NCBI GenBank assembly: GCA_036788815.1
Contig: DAIQMS010000002.1
Span: 17,485-81,484, forward strand
Length of the DNA: 64,000 bases
From: Bacillota bacterium
Lineage (GTDB): Bacteria > Bacillota_I > Bacilli_A > RFN20 > CAG-826
Direction: 5' to 3'
Below, one piece after another: positions 25,225 to 35,841 of this stretch. Within the stretch, counting starts at the first letter, position 1, and each line of letters opens with the position of its first letter. The position numbers and the translations under genes were made by a program. The notes below the pieces were generated by a model. The model searched no databases. It was not told where the DNA came from and worked only from the letters and a program-made list of their open reading frames with translations.

Positions 25225-26985
25225 TCAGTCAAAGAGCGACGGGAACGTGGTCTTGAAGTAGTTGTAGACGTAGGTGTCGTGATAGAGAAGCGCCATCTCG
25301 TTCACGTAGTACTTGTTCGCTTTGTTCTTCCAAGTATCGGTCGAAGAGAGCGAATAGGCAATCTTGCGGGCGACCTGCTCCGCGAAGAAGTGGTCGTTCT
25401 CATGCGAGAGCATGTTGTCGTAATAGGCCGAGGAACCAGTGCCGGTCGAGGTCGAGGTGATTTTGGCGGGTTTGACGGCTTCTTCAACCTTCACGAGATA
25501 CCAGTTGCTGGATGAATCCATATATAAGTAAGGATAAGCAGCGCTGGCTTCGTAGGTGTCCGGAAGCAAGAAGTAATTGCCTTGGACGTAACGGCCATAG
25601 CTCATGGTCATGTTGTCGACATAAGCCCCGTTCGAGAGGTTGTTATCGACATCGTTGGCGACCTGAACCTTGAAGAGGCGGCCCGAGAGAGCGCTCGCGA
25701 GGCTCGAAAGGCCGGCTTTGTCGTACCAACCATGGGTAGTCTTGTCGGCGGCGATGAGAGTCCGGGTCTTCACGGCTAAGCCCGTGTCGACGGTGTAGGC
25801 TCCGCTATTGGTGAAGTCACTCCGAACGGTCGTATCATCGGTGAAGCGGTTGTCGGTCAATTTCTCATACGAGGTGATGATGGTGCCCATCGCAGACTCT
25901 TTGTAGTAGTCGCTGATGGTCCAATCGCCGATCGTGAGAGACTTGAGGGCCGTGGCTTTGTGCCAGCCCGCATCGGTGTAGATCTTCTCCGCAATCGTGT
26001 TTTGAGCGCTCGTGAAGTTCGAGGTCGTGCCTTTGTAGAGATCGCCGAGGAAGGTGAAGCCATAGCTCGTGAAGTCTTTGGCATAAGTGGCATCGCTCAG
26101 GACATCCTTGCAATAGGCGGTCATGAGGTTGCCGACACTGCCGGAATAGGAGGCATTCTCCGCGAGGGAGATGTAATCGACTTTGCGGTAGGCGGTCTGT
26201 TTGATCTGGCCGAAGTTCTCGGTGTAGAGATACTGGGTGGTCAGCTCATTCCGATAGATGTCGGGAAGGACCGCTTGGGCGATGTAGTTCTTGTAGGTGC
26301 CGAAGATGTCTTTGAAATAGGCATCCGTGACATCGGTGGCCGAAGTGCCATTGGCGCCATCGAGCTTGAGCAAGCCGGTCTCGGTGTAGCCTTCGCTTAA
26401 ACGGAAGTTGCCATAGACTTGCTTGTAGGCTTGGTTATAAGGATAAACGGTGCCATTCACCTTGGTGAGGTCGTAGTACGCCGCGGTTTGAGCGTCATAG
26501 AACTTGCTCTCGGCGAATTGGTTGCGGACCTGATAGGACGAATTGGTCACATAACCTAAGAAGGTCGTGCGGATCCGATAGAGGACGTCGAGATAGAAGT
26601 TGACGACCTTGTAGATCGAGTGGCTCGTGCCATCGACATAGGCTGCATACTTATCGGCGAAGGCTTGGAGATCCGCGGTAGCGGTGTTGTCCGCTTCGTA
26701 TTTCTCGACGGCCGCCTTCATCGTGAAGAAGTCGCCATAGATCGATTGCGCGTAGAGATAAAGGACGTTCGAGAGAACCTTGGCGCTATTGGTATCGCCT
26801 TCGGTGATCAAGGCATCATAGATTTTGCCGAGCTCATTGTTGGTGGTGTCAGTGACGTTAAGGATCGGCGCGTTGTAATCGGAAGTCGGAAGTTTGGCTT
26901 CGATGTTATCGCACGAGGCGAGTAAAGCCATCGAGGCTAAAGCCAGCGAGAGAACGCTGACTTTCTTAAATTTACTTAGTGCCAT
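25225..26985 (-). CDS. large lipoprotein of unknown function
   Basis: Lipobox LLASCD after MALSKFKKVSV. AAGGAGGA SD precedes ATG 26985. Tyr/Thr/Asn-rich, no known catalytic motif. The track start at 27060 is an upstream extension. Confidence 0.65.
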   Translation of the reverse strand: MALSKFKKVSVLSLALASMALLASCDNIEAKLPTSDYNAPILNVTDTTNNELGKIYDALITEGDTNSAKVLSNVLYLYAQSIYGDFFTMKAAVEKYEADNTATADLQAFADKYAAYVDGTSHSIYKVVNFYLDVLYRIRTTFLGYVTNSSYQVRNQFAESKFYDAQTAAYYDLTKVNGTVYPYNQAYKQVYGNFRLSEGYTETGLLKLDGANGTSATDVTDAYFKDIFGTYKNYIAQAVLPDIYRNELTTQYLYTENFGQIKQTAYRKVDYISLAENASYSGSVGNLMTAYCKDVLSDATYAKDFTSYGFTFLGDLYKGTTSNFTSAQNTIAEKIYTDAGWHKATALKSLTIGDWTISDYYKESAMGTIITSYEKLTDNRFTDDTTVRSDFTNSGAYTVDTGLAVKTRTLIAADKTTHGWYDKAGLSSLASALSGRLFKVQVANDVDNNLSNGAYVDNMTMSYGRYVQGNYFLLPDTYEASAAYPYLYMDSSSNWYLVKVEEAVKPAKITSTSTGTGSSAYYDNMLSHENDHFFAEQVARKIAYSLSSTDTWKNKANKYYVNEMALLYHDTYVYNYFKTTFPSLFD

Positions 26986-29173
26986 AATAGCAAGCTCCTC
27001 CTTTAGCCCAAAGATCCTTCGTCTTGGTGGTTGAAGCGTATTCCGTGGCGGTGGTCTCACAGAGCAAAGTGCCTAAGGCTGTGTCGGATCCGACGGCTCT
27101 CGCCGCCTCTTGGGCCGCCAAAGTTTCGGCGTAGCTCTTCCAGTTGTCGCTCCAAGTGGTGAAGGCGCTATCGATCGCGGATTGCCGCTTGATGGTCGAA
27201 TAGGTCTTCATCTTGTCGCCTAAAGTCGAATCGTTGAAGGTGATCGAACCATCTTCGACCAACTTCTGGAACTGATAGGTCGAGAGGGCGGAATTGTAGC
27301 CTTTGATCGCCGTCGAGATGTTGCCCGAACGGGTCGTGAGGTCTTCCGAGGTCGGCTTGTTGTAGTCGACGTAGGTCTGGACCGAATCCTTATTGACCGG
27401 ATAGTTGGTGCTATCAGGAAGATAAGTGGTGTAGTACTGGCTCGAAGTGGCGACGTTGTTCGTCTTTGCCTCTTCAGCGGTGGTGTTTTCAACGACTTTG
27501 CCGCTCACATCGGCGTGGAGGCCGAATTCCGAGAGACCGCTCCGCTCAACCACGATGAAGTGGATGCCTTGGTAGCCCGAGCTCGAAACCCGGACGGCTA
27601 AGACGATTTGCTTCTCGCTATTGGTGAGAACGTTTTCGGCTTTGCCATTGTCATCGGTGACGCTGACGACGTTGGTGGTGTCGACTTGGAAGCCAGGTAA
27701 CGAACCATAAAGGGAAGAATAAGCACCTTTATAATATTGTTTTTTAATAACGCCGACGACTGTGCCGTCGCTATTGGTTTGCGTTCCGTGTTGGTCTTTG
27801 ACGGAATCAAGATCGGCACCGACGTTCGAAACCGTCGAGTTCGACATGATGGCGTTCGGAGTGATGACGCAGATGTTGTGCTTATTGAAATACTTGTTGA
27901 AGATGACGTTGCGCGGATAGAAGGCTTCATTGCCTTCGTTGACCGTGTTGCCGTTGACATCTTTGATCGTATCGGCATTGTCGGCCAAAGCGACTGCCGC
28001 GCCGAAGGGGATCTGGCCTAAGCCAGTGGTCTTGATCTCATCATAAACCGTCGAGCCATTCTCAAGCTTCTGGTTGTCATCGACCATGCCGCTCGTGATC
28101 GCGGTGGTGCCGACGTAGGAAGCCGCATCCTTCTTTAAGCCCGGGGCGATCCGATAGGCATTCTTGATGCCGAAGTCGGTTGAAGTCTCACGCTGATTGA
28201 AGAGGGTCTCGTACGCGTAGGAACCTAATTTGAATTCCGGAACGAAGTCCGAGCTCATGACTTTGGTGACGATCGAGGTTTCGCCTTGGTGCGTCGAAGA
28301 AGCCGGGGTGCCCGAATTATCTTCGGAGTATTGCGAAGCGAGATAGCCAAAGGACTGCCGGATCGGTGCTTCGCTGATCGTGGTGGTCCGAGCTTTGGTG
28401 GTGGTATCGACGCTCGAGGCGTAGTTGGCGCCCGCAAGAGCGAAGATCAAACGGGAAAGTTTGGTCGTTTCGCCGCCTTTGCCATCGGTGCTCTCGCCGA
28501 TCTTGTCTTGGGTGAACTCACCGGTTTTGCCCGAGGCGAGTTTAATCAAGATGTGGCGGTAGTGATACGGCATCTGGTCAAGAAGCCAGCCCGCATTGCC
28601 CACGCCCCAATCATTCGAGGACTGCATAATGCTGACGGTCTTGCCGGTGCTATCGGTATAAGAGCCATCTTTCATGGCTTCCAAACCATTGACGGTTGAA
28701 TCACCAGTCGCCCAAGTTTGATAAATGGCGTTCTGGAAATCCGATTTTTCCTCTTCATAGAGGTGGTATTGGTAAAGCTCCGAGACGTTCTTGACGCTGT
28801 GGCTCGTCAAGATCTTCTCGAATTCCGCTTCATAGCTCGAGGTGCTCGAAGCGCTGTTCTTTGCGGTTTGCTTGTCTTTGATGACGTCGCGTTCCGCTAA
28901 GGCTTTGAGATCGGCGAGTTTCGAGGGAAGGCTGTCATAATAATGGCGAACCAAAACCTCATAGACCTTGTCGAATTCGGTTGAAAGCGAACTCGGGGTC
29001 TCCTGATAAGTCTTCAACAAATCGTCGGCTGAGTAGCTGACACGATTGCCGAGCGCATCGGTATACGTGAAAATGCTGCCATTGTTATTGGCCGTCACAA
29101 GATCACAGGCACTGAGTGCTGTGACGCTTGCGAGCATCGCTACGAGTCCGAGGGCACATTTCTTGATCTTCAT
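26972..29173 (-). CDS. large lipoprotein of unknown function (tandem with 25225-26985; the two overlap by 14 nt)
   Basis: Lipobox ALSACD after MKIKKCALGLVAM. AAGGAGGA SD precedes ATG 29173. About 730 aa. Confidence 0.65.
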   Translation of the reverse strand: MKIKKCALGLVAMLASVTALSACDLVTANNNGSIFTYTDALGNRVSYSADDLLKTYQETPSSLSTEFDKVYEVLVRHYYDSLPSKLADLKALAERDVIKDKQTAKNSASSTSSYEAEFEKILTSHSVKNVSELYQYHLYEEEKSDFQNAIYQTWATGDSTVNGLEAMKDGSYTDSTGKTVSIMQSSNDWGVGNAGWLLDQMPYHYRHILIKLASGKTGEFTQDKIGESTDGKGGETTKLSRLIFALAGANYASSVDTTTKARTTTISEAPIRQSFGYLASQYSEDNSGTPASSTHQGETSIVTKVMSSDFVPEFKLGSYAYETLFNQRETSTDFGIKNAYRIAPGLKKDAASYVGTTAITSGMVDDNQKLENGSTVYDEIKTTGLGQIPFGAAVALADNADTIKDVNGNTVNEGNEAFYPRNVIFNKYFNKHNICVITPNAIMSNSTVSNVGADLDSVKDQHGTQTNSDGTVVGVIKKQYYKGAYSSLYGSLPGFQVDTTNVVSVTDDNGKAENVLTNSEKQIVLAVRVSSSGYQGIHFIVVERSGLSEFGLHADVSGKVVENTTAEEAKTNNVATSSQYYTTYLPDSTNYPVNKDSVQTYVDYNKPTSEDLTTRSGNISTAIKGYNSALSTYQFQKLVEDGSITFNDSTLGDKMKTYSTIKRQSAIDSAFTTWSDNWKSYAETLAAQEAARAVGSDTALGTLLCETTATEYASTTKTKDLWAKGGACYYGTK

Positions 29174-29373
29174 ATGCGTGGACTTTGTTCCTCCTTGCAC
29201 AAACATTGCGGGTTAATTCTATTCTCTAAAGAGAATCGGTGCAACAATTAGTTTACGCGCCCTGGCGCGCGTGCGAGCGAACTTTTTAAAAATGAGAAAA
29301 ATTCACTTCATTACCGTATCGTTTGATAGGTCTATCCCGCTGGACTAGAATAAGCGTGCTCTTAGGAGGATTT

Positions 29374-30207
29374 ATGTCGAAACTCAGTATCAAAAATCTC
29401 CACGTTGCCGTCAAAGGGAAGGAAATCCTCCGCGGCGTCGATCTCGAGGTCTCGGAAGGCGAAACGTTAGCGTTATTGGGCCCGAATGGCCATGGCAAAA
29501 GCACTCTTTTGGCCGCGATTATGGGCAATCCTGCCTATCAAGTGACCGAAGGAAGCATCACTTTAGATGATCAGGATGTCTTGGCATTGACGCCAGATAA
29601 ACGGTCATTGGCCGGCTTATTCCTCGCGATGCAATATCCGAGCGAGATCCCGGGTCTTAATTCCGCGGATTTCCTCAAAGCGGCGATGAACGCCCATAGC
29701 GCGAAGCCGTTAAGCTTATTCCAGTTTTATAATGCGCTTCAGAATGCCTATGAATCGATGGGGATTCCCTTCGAGATGAGCAAACGCAATCTCAACGAAG
29801 GCTTCTCCGGCGGCGAGAAAAAACGGAATGAAATGCTCCAAATGAAGCTGCTTAAACCGAAGATCGCGCTCCTCGATGAAATCGATTCGGGCCTCGACGT
29901 GGATGCCATGGGCATCGTCGCCAAGGCGATCGGCGAGGAACAAGCGCGGGGCGCCGGCTTCCTTGTCGTGAGCCATTACGCCCGTCTTTATAATATGATT
30001 AAGCCGACCAGGGCTGCGATTTTGATCAATGGCCGCATCGCCGTGAATGGCGGGGTCGATCTCATCAGCCGCATCGACACGGAAGGCTATGAATGGATCA
30101 AGCGCGAACTCGGCATCGACGTCGAAAAAGAAACCGATGAGAGTATGAATAAAGTCTCGATTGGCGCCTGCGCGACTCGGGTGGCGGTGAACCATGAAGG
30201 AAAATGA
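29374..30207 (+). CDS. sufC: Fe-S cluster assembly ATPase SufC
   Basis: Walker A GPNGHGKST. ABC signature SGGEKKRNE. AGGAGGA SD precedes the ATG. Confidence 0.9.
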   Translation: MSKLSIKNLHVAVKGKEILRGVDLEVSEGETLALLGPNGHGKSTLLAAIMGNPAYQVTEGSITLDDQDVLALTPDKRSLAGLFLAMQYPSEIPGLNSADFLKAAMNAHSAKPLSLFQFYNALQNAYESMGIPFEMSKRNLNEGFSGGEKKRNEMLQMKLLKPKIALLDEIDSGLDVDAMGIVAKAIGEEQARGAGFLVVSHYARLYNMIKPTRAAILINGRIAVNGGVDLISRIDTEGYEWIKRELGIDVEKETDESMNKVSIGACATRVAVNHEGK

Positions 30208-30907
30208 GACGTTAGATCAAAACATCACGTTGGTGGATGAGGAGATCCTCGAGACGCTTTCGTATCACGTCCCCGCGGGTGGCTCGCTCCATCTTTCGCT
30301 GGCTTCTTTCACGAACCTCAAGAACACGACGATCACCGTCGAAGTCGAAGAAGGCGGCCATTTCGAAGGGGCGTTTGCCGACTTTTCGCGTTCGAAATAC
30401 ACCTTTACTCTCAACGTTCACCTCAAAGGCAAGGCTTCCCAATGCGATTGGCACCTCGCTTCGATCGGGGCCAAAGACGATGAGAAGCGTTATGACACTT
30501 CGGTCTACCATGAAAGCCCAGAATCGATGGGCCTGATGTCGAACTATGGCATTGCCGAAGATACCAGCAAATTGATTTTCGCCGGCGTCTCTGAAATCCA
30601 AAAAGGCGCCAAGAAAACCCATACAAGACAAGTCGCCAAAGTCATCGTCTTCGATCCGAAGGCCGATGCTTTGGCCTCGCCGATCCTCAAGATCGGAGAA
30701 AATGATGTCGAAGCGAGCCACGCGGCGGTGGTGGGACGGCTCTCGGAAGAGCATTTGTTCTATCTCGAAAGCCGCGGAGTCGATGAGGCGATGGCCAAAC
30801 GGCTGATCACCTTAGGCTATCTGAAGCCGATCGAAGGTTATTATTCGGATGCGAAAATCGCCCAAAGAATTGACGATGCTATCGAAGGAGGTATCTCTCA
30901 TGATTGA
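30194..30907 (+). CDS. sufD: Fe-S cluster assembly protein SufD (short form)
   Basis: C-terminal SufBD-domain motifs (EASHAAVVGRLSEEHLFYLESRGVDEAMAKRLI). Confidence 0.8.
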   Translation: MKENETLDQNITLVDEEILETLSYHVPAGGSLHLSLASFTNLKNTTITVEVEEGGHFEGAFADFSRSKYTFTLNVHLKGKASQCDWHLASIGAKDDEKRYDTSVYHESPESMGLMSNYGIAEDTSKLIFAGVSEIQKGAKKTHTRQVAKVIVFDPKADALASPILKIGENDVEASHAAVVGRLSEEHLFYLESRGVDEAMAKRLITLGYLKPIEGYYSDAKIAQRIDDAIEGGISHD

Positions 30908-32132
30908 CCCGTATAAGATCCGCGAAGATTTCCCGATGTACCGCAACCACATCACGATGCAGGGAAAACCGCTTGTTTGGCTCGATAACGCCTCAACGAC
31001 GTTCAAGCCCGATTGCGTGCTTTCCGCCGTGGAGGAGTATTACACGCATGAAACCTCGAATTCCCATCGCGGGGATTACGATCTTTGCTTTAATGTTGAC
31101 GAGAAGATTCTGGATACCCGAAAACTGATTGGGCAATTCCTAAATTGCAAGCCGATCGAAGTCGTTTTCACCTCAGGCACGACCAACTCGATCAACCTCG
31201 TCGCTTTTGGCTATGGCGTCAAATACCTCACCAAGGATGACGAAATCCTTTTGACCCAAGCCGAACACGCCTCGAACGTCCTTCCTTGGTTCAAGGTCAG
31301 CGAGATGACCGGCGCCAAAATCAAATACATCCCGCTCGATAAAGATGGCCGTCTCACGGTCGAAAATCTCCGCAAAACCATCACCAAACACACCAAAATC
31401 GTCGCGGTGGCCCAAGTCACGAACGTCCTCGGCTACATCGCTCCGATCAAAGAGCTCGCCAAAGTCGCCCATGAATTCGGGGCGCTCCTCGTCTGCGATG
31501 GCGCCCAGTCCGTTCCGCACATGAAGATTGATGTTCAGGATCTCGATGTGGACTTCCTTTCCTTCAGCGGCCACAAACTCTGCGGCCCGACCGGGATCGG
31601 CGTCCTTTATGGCAAGTTCGATCTTCTTTGCAAGATGGAGCCGTTTATGACCGGAGGCGGCATGAATGCCAAATTCGATATGTGCGGCGACGCCCAATAT
31701 CTCGAACCGCCGCTCCGCTTCGAAGCCGGCACCCAGAATATCGAAGGCATCTTTGGCCTTAATGCCGCCATTCGCTATTTGATGGGCATTGGGATGGACA
31801 ACATCAACGCCTACGAAGAAAGCCTCAAAAAATACGCGATTCAGGAGCTCGAAAAAACGGGCAACGTCATTCTTTATAACCCGAAGTCCGAAGCCGGGAT
31901 CGTCACCTTTAATATTAAGGATGTCTTCGCCCAAGATGCGGCGACTTTCCTCAATTCGCGCGGCATCGCTTGCCGAAGTGGCCAACATTGCGCCAAGATT
32001 CTGATCGATTATCTGGGCGTGGTGGCGACCGTGCGCGCCTCGTTCTATTTCTATACGACGAAAGAAGATATTGATGCCTTGGTCGATGCGGTCAAGCACG
32101 GAAAGGAGTTCCTCAATGCCTACTTCAATTGA
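30900..32132 (+). CDS. sufS: cysteine desulfurase SufS
   Basis: Class-V aminotransferase. PLP-lysine context SFSGHKLCGPTGIGVL. Catalytic Cys context GQHCA. Confidence 0.9.
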   Translation: MIDPYKIREDFPMYRNHITMQGKPLVWLDNASTTFKPDCVLSAVEEYYTHETSNSHRGDYDLCFNVDEKILDTRKLIGQFLNCKPIEVVFTSGTTNSINLVAFGYGVKYLTKDDEILLTQAEHASNVLPWFKVSEMTGAKIKYIPLDKDGRLTVENLRKTITKHTKIVAVAQVTNVLGYIAPIKELAKVAHEFGALLVCDGAQSVPHMKIDVQDLDVDFLSFSGHKLCGPTGIGVLYGKFDLLCKMEPFMTGGGMNAKFDMCGDAQYLEPPLRFEAGTQNIEGIFGLNAAIRYLMGIGMDNINAYEESLKKYAIQELEKTGNVILYNPKSEAGIVTFNIKDVFAQDAATFLNSRGIACRSGQHCAKILIDYLGVVATVRASFYFYTTKEDIDALVDAVKHGKEFLNAYFN

Positions 32133-32562
32133 ATTAACCCCTGAGCTGATGCGGGAGATCATCATGGATCACTACCAGAACCCCCGCCATAAAGGAAAAC
32201 CCGCCGATCCGAAGGGTTATCTTTCGCTTCATGCCTCCTCGACGAACTGCATCGATGATTTCGATGTTTATTTGTTGGGTAAAGATGGCAAAGTCGTCGA
32301 TGCCAAGTGGGAGGGGATCGCCTGCACGATCTCGAGTGCGAGCACCGATATCCTTTGCGATCGGGTGATCGATCAGGATTACGCCACCGCGAAGAAAACG
32401 ATCGAAGCCTATCTCGCGATGATCGAAGAAAAACCTTATGACGCCTCGCTCCTTGATGAAGCGATCGTCTTCATGAACACCGGCAAGCAAGCCGCCCGAA
32501 TCCATTGCGCGACCATGGGCTGGACCGCGATGAAGGAACTCCTCGAGAAAGAGGAGAAGTAA
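32116..32562 (+). CDS. sufU: Fe-S cluster scaffold / sulfur acceptor SufU
   Basis: NifU/IscU-like with three Cys contexts ([19 protein letters not shown]). Confidence 0.85.
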   Translation: MPTSIELTPELMREIIMDHYQNPRHKGKPADPKGYLSLHASSTNCIDDFDVYLLGKDGKVVDAKWEGIACTISSASTDILCDRVIDQDYATAKKTIEAYLAMIEEKPYDASLLDEAIVFMNTGKQAARIHCATMGWTAMKELLEKEEK

Positions 32563-32563
32563 C

Positions 32564-33961
32564 ATGGCGGACACCAAGTTCCTCGACCAAGAATACAAGT
32601 ACGGTTTCAAGACCGATGCCAAGGTTCTTTTCACGACGGGCAAAGGCCTCAATGCGGATATTGTCCGCGCGATTTCCGAGCATAAGCGTGAGCCGGAATG
32701 GATGACCGAATACCGCCTTAAAGCCTTGGCCTTATTCGAGAAGATGCCCCTTCCCGCCTATGGACCGGATCTCCGCTTCTTGGATTTCCCTTCCTATACC
32801 TATTACACGCAGGTTGCCAAAGGCGAAGAGCAGAATTGGAACGAAGTTCCCACCGCCGTCAAAGACACTTTCTCGCGTTTAGGAATCCCCGAAGCGGAAC
32901 AGAAGTACCTTTCGGGCGTCACGACCCAATACGAAAGCGAAGTCGTCTATCACAACATGCTCGATGAGGTCCAAAAGAAGGGCGTCATCTTCCTTTCGAC
33001 CGATATGGCGCTTCAGACCTGCCCCGAGCTCATGAAGAAATACTTCGGAACCGTCGTCCCGAGCGCCGACAACAAATTCGCGGCCCTCAATTCGGCCGTC
33101 TGGAGCGGCGGCTCGTTCATCTACGTCCCGAAAGGCGTTCATTTGGAGAAGCCGCTTCAATCCTATTTCCGGATCAATAACGAGAAAACGGGCCAGTTCG
33201 AACGGACCCTCATCATCGTCGACGAAGGCGCGGACATCCATTACGTCGAAGGCTGCACCGCCCCGATTTATTCGAAAGAATCTTTACACGCGGCCGTGGT
33301 GGAGATCGTGGTGCTCAAAGGCGCGCATTGCCGTTACACGACTGTCCAAAACTGGAGCAACAACATCGTGAACCTCGTGACCCAGAGAGCTCTCGTCGAA
33401 GAAGACGGGCTCATGGAATGGGTCGATGGCAATATCGGCAGCATGCGGAATATGAAATATCCGGCCTGCATCCTCAAGGGCGATAATGCCAAAGGCTCGG
33501 TCATCTCGATCGCGGTCGGCGGCAAGAACCAGTTCCAGGATAACGGGGCCCGAATGATCCATATCGGCAAGAACACCTCGTCGACCATCATTTCGAAGTC
33601 AATCTGCAAAAACGGGGGCACTGCGAACTACCGCGGCACCGTCCGGATTCTTCCGGGGGCCGAAAATGCCCACGCCCATGTCGAATGCGATACCTTGATC
33701 CTCGACGATCAGTCGCGGAGCGACACGTTACCGAAGAATGAGATTCGCAACAATTCGTCTTATATCGAGCACGAAGCGACCGTCAGCAAGATCAACGAAG
33801 AGCAGCTCTTCTACTTGATGTCGCGCGGCCTTACCGAAGCGCAGGCGACCCAGATGATCGTCATGGGCTTCATCGAACCGTTCTCGAAAGAGCTGCCGAT
33901 GGAATATGCGGTCGAGCTTAATCAACTGATCAAACTTGATATGTCGGACGCGATCGGATAG
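32564..33961 (+). CDS. sufB: Fe-S cluster assembly protein SufB
   Basis: Full-length SufB similarity. C-terminal [25 protein letters not shown] motif. Confidence 0.9.
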   Translation: MADTKFLDQEYKYGFKTDAKVLFTTGKGLNADIVRAISEHKREPEWMTEYRLKALALFEKMPLPAYGPDLRFLDFPSYTYYTQVAKGEEQNWNEVPTAVKDTFSRLGIPEAEQKYLSGVTTQYESEVVYHNMLDEVQKKGVIFLSTDMALQTCPELMKKYFGTVVPSADNKFAALNSAVWSGGSFIYVPKGVHLEKPLQSYFRINNEKTGQFERTLIIVDEGADIHYVEGCTAPIYSKESLHAAVVEIVVLKGAHCRYTTVQNWSNNIVNLVTQRALVEEDGLMEWVDGNIGSMRNMKYPACILKGDNAKGSVISIAVGGKNQFQDNGARMIHIGKNTSSTIISKSICKNGGTANYRGTVRILPGAENAHAHVECDTLILDDQSRSDTLPKNEIRNNSSYIEHEATVSKINEEQLFYLMSRGLTEAQATQMIVMGFIEPFSKELPMEYAVELNQLIKLDMSDAIG

Positions 33962-33969
33962 GGTTTTGC

Positions 33970-35841
33970 ATGGATTTTGATGTCATTGTCGTCGGCGGTG
34001 GCCACGCCGGAGTCGAGGCCGCTTGTGCTGCAGCCCATTTAGGGATGCGGACGCTTTTGTGCACCTTGAATATTCACATGATGGCCAACACACCCTGCAA
34101 TCCCCATATCGGCGGAAGCGCCAAGGGAATCGTGGTCCGGGAGATCGATGCTTTAGGGGGCATGATGGGCATCGCGGCCGATCACCATCCGCTTCAGATC
34201 AAAATGCTTAATACCGGCAAAGGCCCTGGTGTTCAATGCCTCCGGGCCCAAGTCGATAAAAAGGGCTATCCGGCCTATATGCAAAGCTTGGTCCTTGCCA
34301 CCCCGAACCTCACGGTGAAGGAATGCCAGGTCAAACGGCTGCTTTATGATGAGAAGAAAGTCTTTGGCGTTGTGACGGATAAAGGCGAGGAGATCACTTC
34401 GAAGGCGACGATCATCACGACCGGCACCTATATGGAGAGCACGATCATCTCGGGCGAAGACGTCCATCCGGGCGGACCGGATGGCGAGCCTTCAAGCCAA
34501 GGCTTATCGGGTTGCCTCAAAGAAATGGGACTCGATATTTTCCGGCTCAAGACGGGAACGCCGCCCCGGATCAAAAAGGAATCGATCGATTTCTCGAAAG
34601 CCGAGATCCAACCCGGCCAAGATGGCGAACTTGCCTTCTCTTTCACAACCACGAAATTCACTCCGCTCAAAGACCAGCTTCCGTGCTGGCTTATTTACAC
34701 CTCCCCGGAGACCCTCAAGATCATTCGGGATAACCTCGATAAATCCGCGATTTTCAATGGCGTGATCAAAGGCGTGGGGCCCCGGTATTGCCCGGCGATC
34801 GAATCGAAGGTCGTGCGCTTTGCGGATAAGCCGCGCCATCAGCTTTTCCTAGAGCCGGAATTCGAGTTTGGGGATTCGATTTACCTTCAGGGCTTTTCGA
34901 CGGGGATGCCGCATGAGATCCAAGAGAAGATGGTCCATTCGCTCCCTGGCCTTGAGCACGCCGAGATTCTGAAGTGGTCCTACGAGATCGAGTATGATGC
35001 GATCCGGCCGCTCCAATTCGATGCGTCTTTGCGGGTCAAGAAATACGAAGGCCTCTATGGGGCTGGTCAAATCTGCGGCACCTCGGGTTACGAGGAAGCG
35101 GCAGGATTGGGCTTAATGGCGGGCATCAACGCCTCACGCTGGATCAAAGGTTTGGAACCTCTTATCCTCCGGCGCGATGAATCCTATATCGGGGTTATGA
35201 TTGATGATTTGGTGACCAAAGGCGCGGACGAACCGTACCGTCTTATGTCCTCTCGGGCCGAATACCGCTTGCTTTTACGCCACGATAACGCCGACCTCCG
35301 CCTTACGAAGCATGGGCACGATATCGGACTTATTTCCGATGAGCGTTATCAGGCTTTCTTAAACAAATATCAAAAGATCGCCGAAGCGATCGACATCCTT
35401 GCAAAAACGAATGTCTCGCGCAAGGACAAGATCAACGCCTATCTTCTTTCGAAGGGCTATAGCGACACCGATGAAGGCCACAAAGGCCTCGATCTTTTGA
35501 AGCGGCCCGGCCTCGATTATCGGGAAATCGCCGCTTGCATGCCAGAACTCGATTCGTACGTCTTCGATGATGCCTCGGTCCTTTGCCTTGAGACCAAGGT
35601 GAAATACGAAGGCTACATCCAAAAAGAACTCCACGAAGCCCAGGAAAACGCCAAACTCGAAGATCTGAAACTTCCCGTTGGCGTGGACTATAGCAAGGTC
35701 GAAGGCTTAAGATTGGAAGCGCGGCAGAAGCTCAATGCGGTCGAGCCGCGGACGATTGGCCAGGCGAGCCGCATCAGCGGTGTCAATCCGGCCGATGTGT
35801 CGATCCTGATTCTGACCTTAAGAAAGAAGGGCCTCTTATGA
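33970..35841 (+). CDS. mnmG: tRNA uridine-5-carboxymethylaminomethyl synthesis enzyme MnmG (GidA)
   Basis: FAD motif FDVIVVGGGHAGVEA. Full-length family similarity. Confidence 0.95.
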   Translation: MDFDVIVVGGGHAGVEAACAAAHLGMRTLLCTLNIHMMANTPCNPHIGGSAKGIVVREIDALGGMMGIAADHHPLQIKMLNTGKGPGVQCLRAQVDKKGYPAYMQSLVLATPNLTVKECQVKRLLYDEKKVFGVVTDKGEEITSKATIITTGTYMESTIISGEDVHPGGPDGEPSSQGLSGCLKEMGLDIFRLKTGTPPRIKKESIDFSKAEIQPGQDGELAFSFTTTKFTPLKDQLPCWLIYTSPETLKIIRDNLDKSAIFNGVIKGVGPRYCPAIESKVVRFADKPRHQLFLEPEFEFGDSIYLQGFSTGMPHEIQEKMVHSLPGLEHAEILKWSYEIEYDAIRPLQFDASLRVKKYEGLYGAGQICGTSGYEEAAGLGLMAGINASRWIKGLEPLILRRDESYIGVMIDDLVTKGADEPYRLMSSRAEYRLLLRHDNADLRLTKHGHDIGLISDERYQAFLNKYQKIAEAIDILAKTNVSRKDKINAYLLSKGYSDTDEGHKGLDLLKRPGLDYREIAACMPELDSYVFDDASVLCLETKVKYEGYIQKELHEAQENAKLEDLKLPVGVDYSKVEGLRLEARQKLNAVEPRTIGQASRISGVNPADVSILILTLRKKGLL

